A DNA stretch of 64,000 bases. It comes from a virus. Lineage: Duplodnaviria; Caudoviricetes. Positions 46,813-58,400 of this stretch are shown in pieces. Every line of letters starts with the position of its first letter. Positions within the stretch are counted from its first letter, which is position 1. The stretch lies in IMG/VR virus record IMGVR_UViG_3300036982_000217, positions 6,205 to 70,204 of that record; one strand, given 5' to 3'. A model generated the notes under the pieces. That model ran no database searches, had not been told where the DNA came from, and worked only from the letters and a program-made list of their open reading frames with translations. A program made the position numbers and the translations under genes.

Positions 46813-49338
46813 ATGGATAAGAAATTAAAAAAACTTCCTAGAGCAAGAACTGGATATCAAATTCAAGGTTCTTTAGCTAATGATGTACCTGCTTTTGGTG
46901 GTGCAGATTATAATGCATACATTGGTAAACCAAGCTTAAGAGTTAGAAACTCTATGGGAGCTGTTCCTAGAGAAGAAGCTAATATAGAAGCAGAAGGTGG
47001 AGAAACATTAGTGGGAGATATAGATGGTTCTACATTTCCATCATTCTATAATATAAAAGGTCCAAGGCATTCTTCTGGCGGAGTACCAATGAATCTACCA
47101 GATGATACATTTATTTTTAGTGACACACAGTCAATGAAAATAACTGATCCTGAGATCTTAAAGATGTTTGGTAAAACACCAAAGAAGGGAGGATATACTC
47201 CAGCAGAGTTATCTAAAACTTATGACATAAACAAATACAGAAAACTTTTGCAAGATCCTGAGTCTAACAAGATGGAAAAGAAGACTGCAGAGATGATGAT
47301 TAAAAACTATGTCATGAAACTTGGTGCATTAGCACTTGCACAAGAATCTAAAAAAGGTTTTCCTCAAGGCATACCTGTTATTGCTAAACCATATATGGAA
47401 GCTAATGGAATTAAAGAAGAAGATTTAATGCCAGAAGGTGCAGGTCAAGAAGAACAAATGATGCCACAAGAAGAAATGGCACAAGAAGAAATGGCACAAG
47501 AGCAAATGCAAGAACAACCAATGCCACAGCAAATGCCATCTGGAGAACCAATAGCACAACCATCTATGGAAGAACAAATGATGAGTGCACAACAAATGTC
47601 TCCGGAAGAAATGCAAGAAGCACCAATGGCTATGTATGGTATGACAGTAGGTGGTTATGAAATGCCATTTGCACAATATGGAATTTCTCTTGGTGGAGGT
47701 AATCCTAATAACTATTTAGGTAGAAGAGAAAGAATGCTAGGAAGCGGTCCATTTATGGCTAGAGAAGGTATTATAATTGGCGGTACTAATATGCCATTAA
47801 TTATGCAAGATGGTGGAAGTACATATGAGTTAGATACATTTGAAGGAGGAGGACAAATTACTGAAGCAGATTTAACAAAAGATGACTTAGAAATAATTAA
47901 GAAAAAATGGAATGGTAAGAAACAAGCATATATTGACTTTATAAATACTAAAAAAGCAATAGAGGAAAATGCTGATTTTCAAAATGACTTGTTTACACAA
48001 TATCAAAAAGATATAGACAATCCAGAAAATTATACTAAAAGTCAAAGAGAAAAGTTTTTTAAATCATATTCTCCAGAATTAAAGAAACTAGACAAAACAT
48101 CTGTTATAAATCAATTATTAGCACAAGAAGAAAGAAATGCTAGGTTAGCTGCTTTTGGTTTAGATCCTACAAAGACAGAGCAAAATGCAGAAGGAGTTAC
48201 TGGAACTAATGCTGCCGCTAATAGATTAATTAAAGCAAATCCAGAAGGACTTAGGGATCTTAATTTCTCTACAGGTTATCAAGGACAAGCTGCATATATA
48301 TCTTACAGAAACTTATTAGGAACTGAAAAGTATAAACCATATGGTCAATTCCAAGTTGGTGTTGGAGATGAAACAATAGCTGGTAAGAAAGGTCAAGTAT
48401 CAGGAATAGATCAGTTTAATACAAATACTACACTAGGACAAAGACTTAATTTTGCTCCTCCTAAAAAAGTTAATAAATGTTTTTGTCCTGATCCTATTAC
48501 TGGTGTAGAAAAAGAAGTACCATTAAAAGATGGTAAGTGTGAATGTGAACAAAGTCCACAAATGCAATTTCCAGAAGTACAAGCTCCAGGAGGAACTTAC
48601 TGGCCAGAATGGACAACTCAAGATAAGTTAAATCTTGCAACTGCAATGAGAACAAGAACCGGTGTAGAATATCCTATGGCAATGACACCAAATATTCCTG
48701 AAGTTAGTTTACAAAAACAAGAGTGGCTTGCTCCTGTTCAAGCAGCACAAGCAGCAGCTGCTAAGAATTTAGATTTAATTGGAAGAACAGCAACTCCATC
48801 TACAGTAAAACAAGCTGCAGCAGCTTCACTAGAAGGTGATCTTATTGATGCAATACAACGCCCTATAGTTCAAACACAAGCTGGTAATACTGCTATAGAA
48901 AATCAAGAAAGATTAATGAACTTTCAATCTGCAATGAATGCAGATACTAATAGAGCAAATATACTTAATCAGTATATGGATAAAACTGGTGCTGCTGAAA
49001 ACTTCTATAGAGGTGAATTAAATGCAAAAGATGCATTAAAAACAGCAATGATGAATCAGGGTATTAAAAATGCTGCAGATATCTACAATATCCAAAGTGA
49101 ACAATATGCAATTGATCCTGTAACTGGAGTACAAATTTTTAAACAAGGTAAACCATTACAACCAGAAAAATCTGAAGATGCTTTAGAATATGCAATGCAA
49201 TTAAAAGCAAGTGGTCTTCCAGATGACATGCAAGAATTAGTATATAAAACTAGATATAGTAGATATGGAGGACCTGTATTACAAATGGGTGGAATGGTTT
49301 ATGGAGACACAGTTTACCCTTTTTATTACTATGAATAA
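46813..49338 (+). CDS. virion cargo protein
   Basis: N-terminal NIEAEGGET...GPRHSSGGV...FIFSD domain that I recognise from crAss-like virion proteins. Central E/Q/M-rich linker. Confidence 0.6.
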   Translation: MDKKLKKLPRARTGYQIQGSLANDVPAFGGADYNAYIGKPSLRVRNSMGAVPREEANIEAEGGETLVGDIDGSTFPSFYNIKGPRHSSGGVPMNLPDDTFIFSDTQSMKITDPEILKMFGKTPKKGGYTPAELSKTYDINKYRKLLQDPESNKMEKKTAEMMIKNYVMKLGALALAQESKKGFPQGIPVIAKPYMEANGIKEEDLMPEGAGQEEQMMPQEEMAQEEMAQEQMQEQPMPQQMPSGEPIAQPSMEEQMMSAQQMSPEEMQEAPMAMYGMTVGGYEMPFAQYGISLGGGNPNNYLGRRERMLGSGPFMAREGIIIGGTNMPLIMQDGGSTYELDTFEGGGQITEADLTKDDLEIIKKKWNGKKQAYIDFINTKKAIEENADFQNDLFTQYQKDIDNPENYTKSQREKFFKSYSPELKKLDKTSVINQLLAQEERNARLAAFGLDPTKTEQNAEGVTGTNAAANRLIKANPEGLRDLNFSTGYQGQAAYISYRNLLGTEKYKPYGQFQVGVGDETIAGKKGQVSGIDQFNTNTTLGQRLNFAPPKKVNKCFCPDPITGVEKEVPLKDGKCECEQSPQMQFPEVQAPGGTYWPEWTTQDKLNLATAMRTRTGVEYPMAMTPNIPEVSLQKQEWLAPVQAAQAAAAKNLDLIGRTATPSTVKQAAAASLEGDLIDAIQRPIVQTQAGNTAIENQERLMNFQSAMNADTNRANILNQYMDKTGAAENFYRGELNAKDALKTAMMNQGIKNAADIYNIQSEQYAIDPVTGVQIFKQGKPLQPEKSEDALEYAMQLKASGLPDDMQELVYKTRYSRYGGPVLQMGGMVYGDTVYPFYYYE

Positions 49339-49382
49339 ACTTTTAAGGTTTATTAAACTTAAAATATTTTAATATATTTATA
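49336..49382 (+). promoter_or_regulatory. palindrome TAAACTTTTAAGGTTTA, a second half-site, and a TATATTTAT box
   Basis: Upstream of the ejection-protein operon. TAAACTT is repeated at 49354. Confidence 0.6.
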
Positions 49383-49400
49383 CTATAGAAAGAAAAAACT

Positions 49401-52400
49401 ATGGCAACTTTTACATCAGCCACTTTTATACCACAACTTCAGCCTTATCAACCTGATCTTAATCTTTATTCTAATCTAATACAGAATAAACAGAATCAGT
49501 ATGATAGTAACTGGAAATCACTAAATAAAGTATATGGTCAATATTTTTATGCAGATCTTACAAGAGATGATAATATTGAGAAGAAAGATTATTTAGTAGA
49601 TCAAATTAACTTTAACGTTGGTAGGTTAGCAGGATTAGATCTTTCATTACAGCAGAATGTAAGTCAAGCAACACAAGTATTTAAGCCATTCTATGAAGAT
49701 AAAGGTTTAATGAAAGATATGGCTTGGACTAAGAACTTTAATATGCAAGTTCTTAAAGCACAAGGTTTCCAGGGCTCTGCTAATGAAAAAGATAGAGCTA
49801 TGTTCTGGAATACTGGTCTTAAAGAATTACAGTATAGAAGAGATGAGTTTAAAGATACTACTGCAGAAAAGGCACTTACTTTTCAAAATGTATTGTATAC
49901 ACCATATGTAAATGTTCAGGATAAAGCATTAGAACTTGCAAAAGAATTTGGAAACATTGAAACTGTTGAGATGAGTCCAGATGGTAGATGGGTCATTAAA
50001 AAAACCAATGGTCAAGTTTTAGAAGAACCTTTACAACACTTGTTTCAAGCAAACTTAGGTAATGACCCACAAGTACAGGCTATATATAGTACACAAGCAT
50101 ATGTAAATAGAAAGGACTATGGATACAGTAGGGCAGGTGAATTTAATGGGGATAAGAATGCTGCAGAAATGGATTATCTTGAAAAGAACTTTAAAACTCT
50201 TAAGAAATCAAGTGAAAAAAATTACAAACAATTAAGTGAATCTTCTGTAGCATATAATAATAAAATAAAGGATTTAGAGAAACAAATTAAAGATGGAAAT
50301 AAAGATCCTAAATTACAACAACAACTTGATGCTTATATAGAAAACAAATCTATTAATGATGAGGTATTATCTCAATCAAAAAAGCAACTAGATAAAATGA
50401 ATAGTGGGCAGTCAAGTACTGCTACTACATCTACGGGTTTTACAAATCCTTATGAAGATATAGAGACACTTAGATACATGGTAGATAATGGTGTTGCCGG
50501 CTCATTACTTGCTAGAGATTTAAATCAAGCAGCACACATATATGCATATAGAAATTCTAAAGTAGATATGGATGCAAATCCATATGCTGTTATGGCTGAT
50601 AAGCATAAGTATAATATGCAGGAAATTGGTCAAAGGCACATTTATAACATGGAGGAAAATCAACAGAAAGCTCAATATGATATGGAGCTTCTTAAGATTA
50701 AAGTTGGTGCTGAAAGAAAGATGATGGTTGACAAAGAAAATGTTAAAGCAGGTAGGGGAATGTTTGATGAAAGTGGTGAATATGTACCATTTGAAGATCA
50801 AGAAAATACATTTACAGAAACTGATTCAGATGGTACTGCAACAGATGAAACAAATCAGTATGATCGTGCAGTTAATATGTTTAGAAAACAGTCTGAGAAA
50901 AACTTTACGCCATATATAAATGATGTAACAACTACACTTGATCAACTTATAAAAGGCGGTCAAATGACTGATGCACAAGCTGGGCAAATACTCAGTACAC
51001 CAAATGCTCCAGTTTCATCTTTATCTGATTTCTTAAAGAAACACAAAGGTAACTTAGCTAGTTTTGCAAGTACTTCTGGTGCTGATGGATTAGAAAAAAT
51101 TCATTCTAACTTTAATACATTCTTAAATAACAATAGTAATTTGTTAGTTGTTAAAAACAACATGTCAAAATTACAAGAAAGTAATTTAAAGTTTACAGAT
51201 TATATAGGTTATGTAAAAGCTAATACTAAATGGAGACAAGACTATGCAACTGTAACTGAAAATGAACTTGCAAGATTAGGTATTGCAGATAAAGCCATTA
51301 CTCAATTATTATATAATGATAAAGGTGACTTAGTAGCACCAGAAACTTTTGCAGCAAATATAAAGAAAGCCGGTCTTAATCCTGAAGATCAAAGAACCTT
51401 TTTATCTAAATTAAATAATGTTTCAGAAAATGTTTTAATATATGGTAGTGGTGGTGCTGCAGCTGGAGCTGCCGGTGGATCTTTTTTTGGAGGAATAGGT
51501 GCTATTCCAGGTGCAATTGGATTAGGATTATCAGGAGTTGCTGCGGGTCTTGGTAAAGGTGTATATGAATCATTTATTTCTGGACCAAGTGCTGATGAGA
51601 ATTTAAGATCATTATATGATAATCTTGTATCAGCAGCTAATGAAAAAGTATGGACTAACTCTAAGATAATAAAAACAGCTCCAGTTGGATATGAACAAAC
51701 AACTGATCCTGGAACAGGATTAGCAACTCCAAGTGTAAGATCAATTAATGTAAATCCTTTTAGTAGTAAAGGTAGATATTATTGGGGCGGTGTTGTTAGT
51801 GACATAAATAAATTAGATTTTAAAACTACTGATGAAACAAGAATATCTATTAAAGGTAGGAGTGTAGATGCTTTTGATAAGTCAGCAGGAGGGGCACAAT
51901 ATAAACCTATAATAGATGAATTACAAAGGCAAATGGCTAGACCATCAAGTAAAACAGATTTATTTAAACTATCAACAGCCGTAATTGCTGCTGGTGATGC
52001 AAATAAGGCGGCAATAATTATTAGACCTTCTGCAAAGTTTTTAGAACAATTTAGAGCTACAAATGCAGATGGAGATAATAAAATTTTAGATAAAGAGGAA
52101 TATGATGATATTTTACAAAATGGTTTAAGCATTATTACAAATAGTAATAATCTTAAAAATCCTCTTTATGAAGAAAACTTTAAAGATCCATTAGCAATAA
52201 CTGTTGATAATAGTCCAAATCAAACTTATACTTATACTGATCCATTTGATACTAGATATCAATTTCAAATTCAAAAAAATATGTTGGGTACTGGAGATTA
52301 TAGTATAACTTCAAAATATCCTGTTTGGGATCCTACCATTGGAGACTTTAGAGATATGTCAACTACAGACAATACGCTTACTGCTGGAAATAATTTAAGT

Positions 52401-52484
52401 AATATGAGATTACAAACTTTACAACAAGGTTGGCCAACAATAAGACAAATGAACGAACAAAATATGCAGTATGGCCCAAGATAA
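49401..52484 (+). CDS. putative DNA ejection protein
   Basis: First of three giant coupled ORFs, as in crAss-like ejection loci. Gly/Ala hydrophobic segment at 51441-51560. Confidence 0.6.
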   Translation: MATFTSATFIPQLQPYQPDLNLYSNLIQNKQNQYDSNWKSLNKVYGQYFYADLTRDDNIEKKDYLVDQINFNVGRLAGLDLSLQQNVSQATQVFKPFYEDKGLMKDMAWTKNFNMQVLKAQGFQGSANEKDRAMFWNTGLKELQYRRDEFKDTTAEKALTFQNVLYTPYVNVQDKALELAKEFGNIETVEMSPDGRWVIKKTNGQVLEEPLQHLFQANLGNDPQVQAIYSTQAYVNRKDYGYSRAGEFNGDKNAAEMDYLEKNFKTLKKSSEKNYKQLSESSVAYNNKIKDLEKQIKDGNKDPKLQQQLDAYIENKSINDEVLSQSKKQLDKMNSGQSSTATTSTGFTNPYEDIETLRYMVDNGVAGSLLARDLNQAAHIYAYRNSKVDMDANPYAVMADKHKYNMQEIGQRHIYNMEENQQKAQYDMELLKIKVGAERKMMVDKENVKAGRGMFDESGEYVPFEDQENTFTETDSDGTATDETNQYDRAVNMFRKQSEKNFTPYINDVTTTLDQLIKGGQMTDAQAGQILSTPNAPVSSLSDFLKKHKGNLASFASTSGADGLEKIHSNFNTFLNNNSNLLVVKNNMSKLQESNLKFTDYIGYVKANTKWRQDYATVTENELARLGIADKAITQLLYNDKGDLVAPETFAANIKKAGLNPEDQRTFLSKLNNVSENVLIYGSGGAAAGAAGGSFFGGIGAIPGAIGLGLSGVAAGLGKGVYESFISGPSADENLRSLYDNLVSAANEKVWTNSKIIKTAPVGYEQTTDPGTGLATPSVRSINVNPFSSKGRYYWGGVVSDINKLDFKTTDETRISIKGRSVDAFDKSAGGAQYKPIIDELQRQMARPSSKTDLFKLSTAVIAAGDANKAAIIIRPSAKFLEQFRATNADGDNKILDKEEYDDILQNGLSIITNSNNLKNPLYEENFKDPLAITVDNSPNQTYTYTDPFDTRYQFQIQKNMLGTGDYSITSKYPVWDPTIGDFRDMSTTDNTLTAGNNLSNMRLQTLQQGWPTIRQMNEQNMQYGPR

Positions 52485-55400
52485 TACAAACTTTGACCCT
52501 CTTGCACCACTGGGTCCGTCTGTTGGCAAATTTAATATGGATGTTACTAATCCACTTAACTTAGATCCTTTTGGATTTAAAAAATTAGATATAGAACAAG
52601 TTAAGCTAGTTGATGTAATTCCTAACTATGGAGCACTAACAAGTCCCCAAAGAAATATTAGAGAAAATCTTGTAGGTAGTCCTCCCAATCGTCCTGGTCC
52701 AAAAAAAGATTCATCTTTTGAAAAATCTGCACAAGCTGCTGATTCTTACATGAGATCAATATTTCAAACTAATCAGGATAAAAATGAGTATTCAAGAATA
52801 TATGGTTATAATGCCGGAGAAGATGGTAATAACTATTATAAAAGATATGCTGCATATGGATCTAAAAAAATGGCTGAAGTAGGATTTTCACCGTTTAGAG
52901 ATAATGAAGCTTTATATAATTCAAGAACTACCAAATGGAATGACTTTACAAGAATGGTAAATCATTCATTATTACCAGGTGTTTGGTTAGGAATAAAATC
53001 TAATGTTGAAGGAACTTTTGATATGCTTCGTGGAGATTTTACTTCTATAAATTTAGATAATGCTGCAGAATATGAAAAGATTTCTAATATAGGTATGTCA
53101 ACTAAGGGAGGAGCATTTGGATTTGTAAATAATGCTCTTAGCTCTTTTGGATTATCAGCTGGTATTATCATTGAAACAATAGCTGAACAAGCAGCAACAA
53201 AAGCAATAGAAGCTGGATTAGTAGCTACTGGAGCTGGTATACCTGCAGCAGGTGCGCTTGAAGTTGCTGCGGATGTTTCTGCTGCAGCAAAGTTTGGTAG
53301 AGTAGGTAAATTATTTTCAAACTTAGATAGATCTTTTGGTGCAGCAGTAAAAACATTAGAATCAAGTCAAGCAGCAAGAAGTTTTTGGAAAGTGGCAAAT
53401 ACACCAGTTGGAAAGTTTATAAATCCATTGGGTAATACACTTGATGCAATGAATGATATTAGAAAGGCTCAATCCTTTGGTAATCTAACATCTCTTGCAA
53501 AAATTTCAAAAACTGCTGGTGGATTTTATAGAGACATGAAATTTATAAATGCAGCTGTTACTGAAGGTAAACTAGAAGGCGGTATGCAACAGAATAAAGT
53601 CTACTATGACTTATATAACTTGCATTATAAAGATAATGGAAAGGCTCCATCTGATAAACAGATGTATGATATGATGGTGCAATCTGAAAGAGCTGGTCAA
53701 GAAAATTTAGCTTGGAATACGGGCGTTATATATTTATCTAACAAACTTGTATTTCCAAATATTGCTGGTGGAAAAGGAACAGCAAGTTTATTACGTGCTA
53801 AAACTCAAGAAATAGTAAATCTTGAGAAAGGTAAAATACTATTTAAAACAGTAAAAGAAGAAGGTAAGAAAGTTTTAAAGGGTGAATTTACATATGTAAA
53901 AAATGGTATAAGAGGAACTTTAAAAGGACTTAGAGAACAAGGTTTTAAAGAATCTGTTAAAAGTTTATCAGCAAAATCTGTTGTTGTTTTAGGAAAGTAT
54001 TTTAAAGGAAATATTGCTGAGGGTCTACAAGAAAACTTTCAAGAAACAATATCAGAAGCATTAGGTAACTACTATGTAAATACATTTAACTCAGATGCAG
54101 TAAAAGCTCATTTGTATTCTAAAGGTGCTTTTGCAGATGCAAGTAGGAGTAAAGCATCATATTTTAAAGATGCATGGGCAAATCAAAATCCATTTACAAA
54201 ACAAGGATTTGAAACATTTGCTACTGGATTTATAATGGGTGCTTTTGCTTATCCAATTAATAACCTTCCAAGTTGGGCATCTACTGGTTATAACAAAATG
54301 TTTAGACCAGAAGAGTATGCAGATTATAAACTTAAAAGAAATACATTTGGTGAAGGTATAGCGCAAACACTTACTGACTTATATAATGATAATCCAGCAG
54401 AGTTTTTTAATTCTAAATTATTTAATCTTGGGAATCAAGAAATACTTACAAAGATTATTCAGGAAGGTGGAAGAAAAAATACACTAGATGCTAAAGACTT
54501 TGCTCTAGTATCACAAGTTACAACAGCATTAAGATCTGGGACACTTGATTTATTTAAAGAAAGAGTAGAATCATTTAGAGATTTAACACCAGAAGAATTT
54601 GAAGATGCTGTTGGAAATATTCCCAAAGGAGAAGGATTAAAATATCAATCAAGAATTGATGACATAGTTAAGAGGATGGATGAAATCAAAACTAACTATG
54701 AAAAAATAAATGATAAATATGTTAATCCAATAGATCTTTCACAGTATGAAAAAGGAACAGATGCATATAAAAAAGCACAACTATTTAGTCAGGCTTGGGA
54801 AGTAGCAAAAATGAATGCAGTTTTTATGGGATCCTCTTATCAGGATGCTGTAAAAAGAATGAAAGATATTAGCACTAAAATTAAATCATCTAAACCGTTA
54901 TCTAAAATGACTGACTCTGAGATTCAGTTATTATTAGAACCAAGTAGAATGTCTAATGAGCGTGATATTTTAAAAGAAGAAATAGAAGCTCAAAAAAATG
55001 TATTATCACCAGAAGAACTTAGAAAGAAACAAAATAAGTTAAAAGCACTTGAGGCATTATCAGAAGCATATAAAAACTATGATAAGTTTCAAAATAATCA
55101 AGTAACTGAAATTGTAGAAAAATTTAAAGAGTCAGGTGAGTTAGAAAAAATAGCTGAAGAAAATAATATGTCTATAGACGAAGCTGAAGCTGAGCTTAGA
55201 AAAGAAATAAATAGAACAAATAGAGTTGGTGAGAATACTAATGAGAATAGATTAGAGTTAGAATCTAATTTAGAAAAAGCATATAAAGATTATTTAAAAG
55301 CTATTGCAAGTTCTACCGGGGACATATATCTATCAGAAGAAGCTGATGAAGCTTTTGAAATGATATTAGATAGTTATAAGTTAGGTAAAGAAGCTTCTAT

Positions 55401-58400
55401 TCTTGCAAACTATGTAAACGTATTAAATAATCCACGGGATTTTATGAACCATGTTCAAAGAAATTATCAGTGGATGAATAATCTCTATAACAATAGAAGA
55501 GACTATTTCTCTAATATAGTTAATCAGCAACTTGATAACATAGAACTTAATGCATTACTAAATGAATTAGCAGATAGAAATGTATATATTAGTGAAGATG
55601 AGGCTGCAGAGTTTTTAAGAAGCTCAACTATACCCACAGAGTTCTATGATGACACAAGAAAAGTAGTTATTAAAGAAGGTCACCCAGAGTATGATCAGTA
55701 TGCTATATTTTTTGAAAGAGCTTCTGCTGTAAGAAAGTTAAATCCAAAGGGAAGATCTGCAGATAATACTGCTTTAAATTATACTCTAGCTAGACTTAAT
55801 GCAGAAAAAGAAGCTGCATTAAATGCTCTACCTAAAACAGAAGAACGTGTAGAAAAAGGTAACATTGATATACCAAAAGGCACTAAGGCAACAATAGATG
55901 ATATAGATAGAAAATTAAGTGTTGGACAGTATGTTAGTTTAAAATATAGATCTGGACTTAGAGTAAAAGAACTTATATTATATAAATCTAATGAAGGATT
56001 AAGATATAATAGTCCAGCGGGTGATATAGTTAATAAAGTTACTGTTACTCAAGGTTTTGAAGCAGCTAAAAAATATACATTAGAATTAGTTGCAGATCAA
56101 GCTGCTATAGATAAAATAAATGCAGAGTTTACTCAGAAAAAAATAGATGCAATTCAGGAACTTACTGCAAGAGCTCAGTCAGAAAAACTTACCCAAGCTT
56201 CTACATATATTCCATTTACAAAAAATACAAAGTTTGAGTTAATGGATGAAGCATTAAAAAAACAACTTGAGAATGCATTTAACCAATATGTAGAAGATAC
56301 AGAGGGTCTTGCTGATAAGTTAAGTGAAGTATCTGATGAAAAACTATTATCTGCATTAGATGACTTTATTCAAAATAATCCAAGAGCAGAAAAAGTTATT
56401 GAACAGTATAATGCTAAAATGAAAGAAAAGTTAGCTGCTCAACAATTAGATGAGGTAGAGCCACCTGTTATGCAAGTAAGAGGTAAGGATCAGGACTTTA
56501 AAGATCTTGACATAAAGGATATTAAAGCTAACATAAAGAAAATAGAAACAGATATTAAAAAACTACAAGGCAAAACAGATCTTACAGATCAAGAAAAAGA
56601 AAATCTTGCAATACTAGAATTCAATCTTGCACTTGCCAATAAGTTTTTAAATTACAAATTAAACTTTAAAGAATCTGCAAAGAGGTCAAAAGTAATTAAG
56701 GAGGTTTCTAAAGTAATTGATCAGCAAGGTGACATTACATTTGATGAAACAACAAATCAATATACTGTTAATGGTAACAAACTTGAGAAAGTTAATAAAG
56801 AAATTGAAAGGGTAATAAGTGAGAAGTATCAAGAAAAACAAAGAGATCAAATAGCTCAGATATATAATAATACATTAGCAAAGAATAATTCTGTTGATGG
56901 TTTTATATCAGAACTTAAGAAAGCAAATCTTCCAGGTTTTACAGAGGATACATATAATGAGTTATCTGAAAAACTTAAAGCACTAACAGGTGAAACTGCA
57001 CAAAGTTCTTTAGAACCAACTACAACTCCTGTTTCTGATATAGAAGCTAAAAAAGATGATATAGAAAGAAGAAGACAAGAAGAATTAAAAAATCCTATAA
57101 AGACAACTGAAGGAAGAAAAGAAACCGCTGCTTATTCAGGAGAAAAATATACAATCCAAGTTTTTATAGGGGCTTTTAAAACTAAATATAGCGTAGAGGT
57201 AGCTCAAAAAGATAACACAGTTGCTACGGGATATATATCTAAAGAAAGCCTTAGTAAAAACTCTTTTGATACTTACGAAGAAGCTTTAGAATATGCTAAT
57301 AAAATAGCTAAAAAAGATAAAGAAAACTTAAATAAAATCAACGCTAAATATGATGCAGAACTAGATGCTTTGGAAGGTAAACCCACAACTGCTCCTAAAG
57401 TAAAACCAGAAGATCTTAAAATTAATGTAACAGCAACCGCTAAGAAAGGTGGTATGGAGCTTGCTCAAGAACAGGATTCTACAATAGAAAAGATTGATGA
57501 AGGCAAGTTTATTAGATTAACAAAAGCTGATGCAAATGATATTAATGGTAAATATTATACTATTGATAATGGTGTGTTAAGAGTTAGGGTTAATGGAAGA
57601 GATTTTGCCGGAAGACCTGGAGGAGCAACACAATTAAGTGTAAAAGTTCCAGATACATTTAATGAACAAATCTTTGCAGATAAACTTAAGAATATAAGTC
57701 ATAAGGGAGAAGTAACAACTCCAGAAGCTATAGATCAAGTTGTTAATGATTTAAGAAATGCAATATCAGAATCTACTGGAAGAACTACAACTCAAGTAAG
57801 TACTGGTGATAATATAGCACAAATAGAAAATGAATTAAAAGAAGTAGAAAGACAAATAAATAATCAAACTACTCAACCAACTTCTGATAAAACATACCAA
57901 GATTTATTTAATGAAAAATGGCCAGATGCTAGTGGTTATTTAACAGCATCACCAACTAAATCTGAATTTAATAAAGAGGAAAGTAAGTTTATTGAAGGAA
58001 AACATATTTTTGAAATAAGACCTATTGGTAATAATGAGTTTGAATATAGAGTAGTTAACAATAGAGTATCTCAAAATAGAGCATCTACTAATTATGATAA
58101 GTTTATTCAACCTACAGCACAAGAATTAAATGGACCTGATGGTGCAGATACAATTGTTACAGTAAAACCAGGAATTTTAAGAAAAGAAGGTGATAAATTT
58201 ATTGTTGAAAAAGAAGTACAAGTATTTTATGCCAATTCAAGTACAATTAATAATAAAGTAGGAACTACAACTGCAGCACCTGTAAAAGTAGATATAACAG
58301 AACTTGAAGCAAGAAGAGCTGAACTTTTAGAAAAATTAAAAACGGCAAAGTTTGCTCCTCCTGCAGCTTCCACAAGTCAGGTTAGTACTGAAGCACCTAG

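Noticed and set aside
2192-50919. Alternative-frame + strand ORFs (2192..2380, 8700..9011, 15874..16071, 16337..16582, 36708..36908, 50728..50919)
   Set aside because: They are nested in better-supported genes and show no recognisable motifs.
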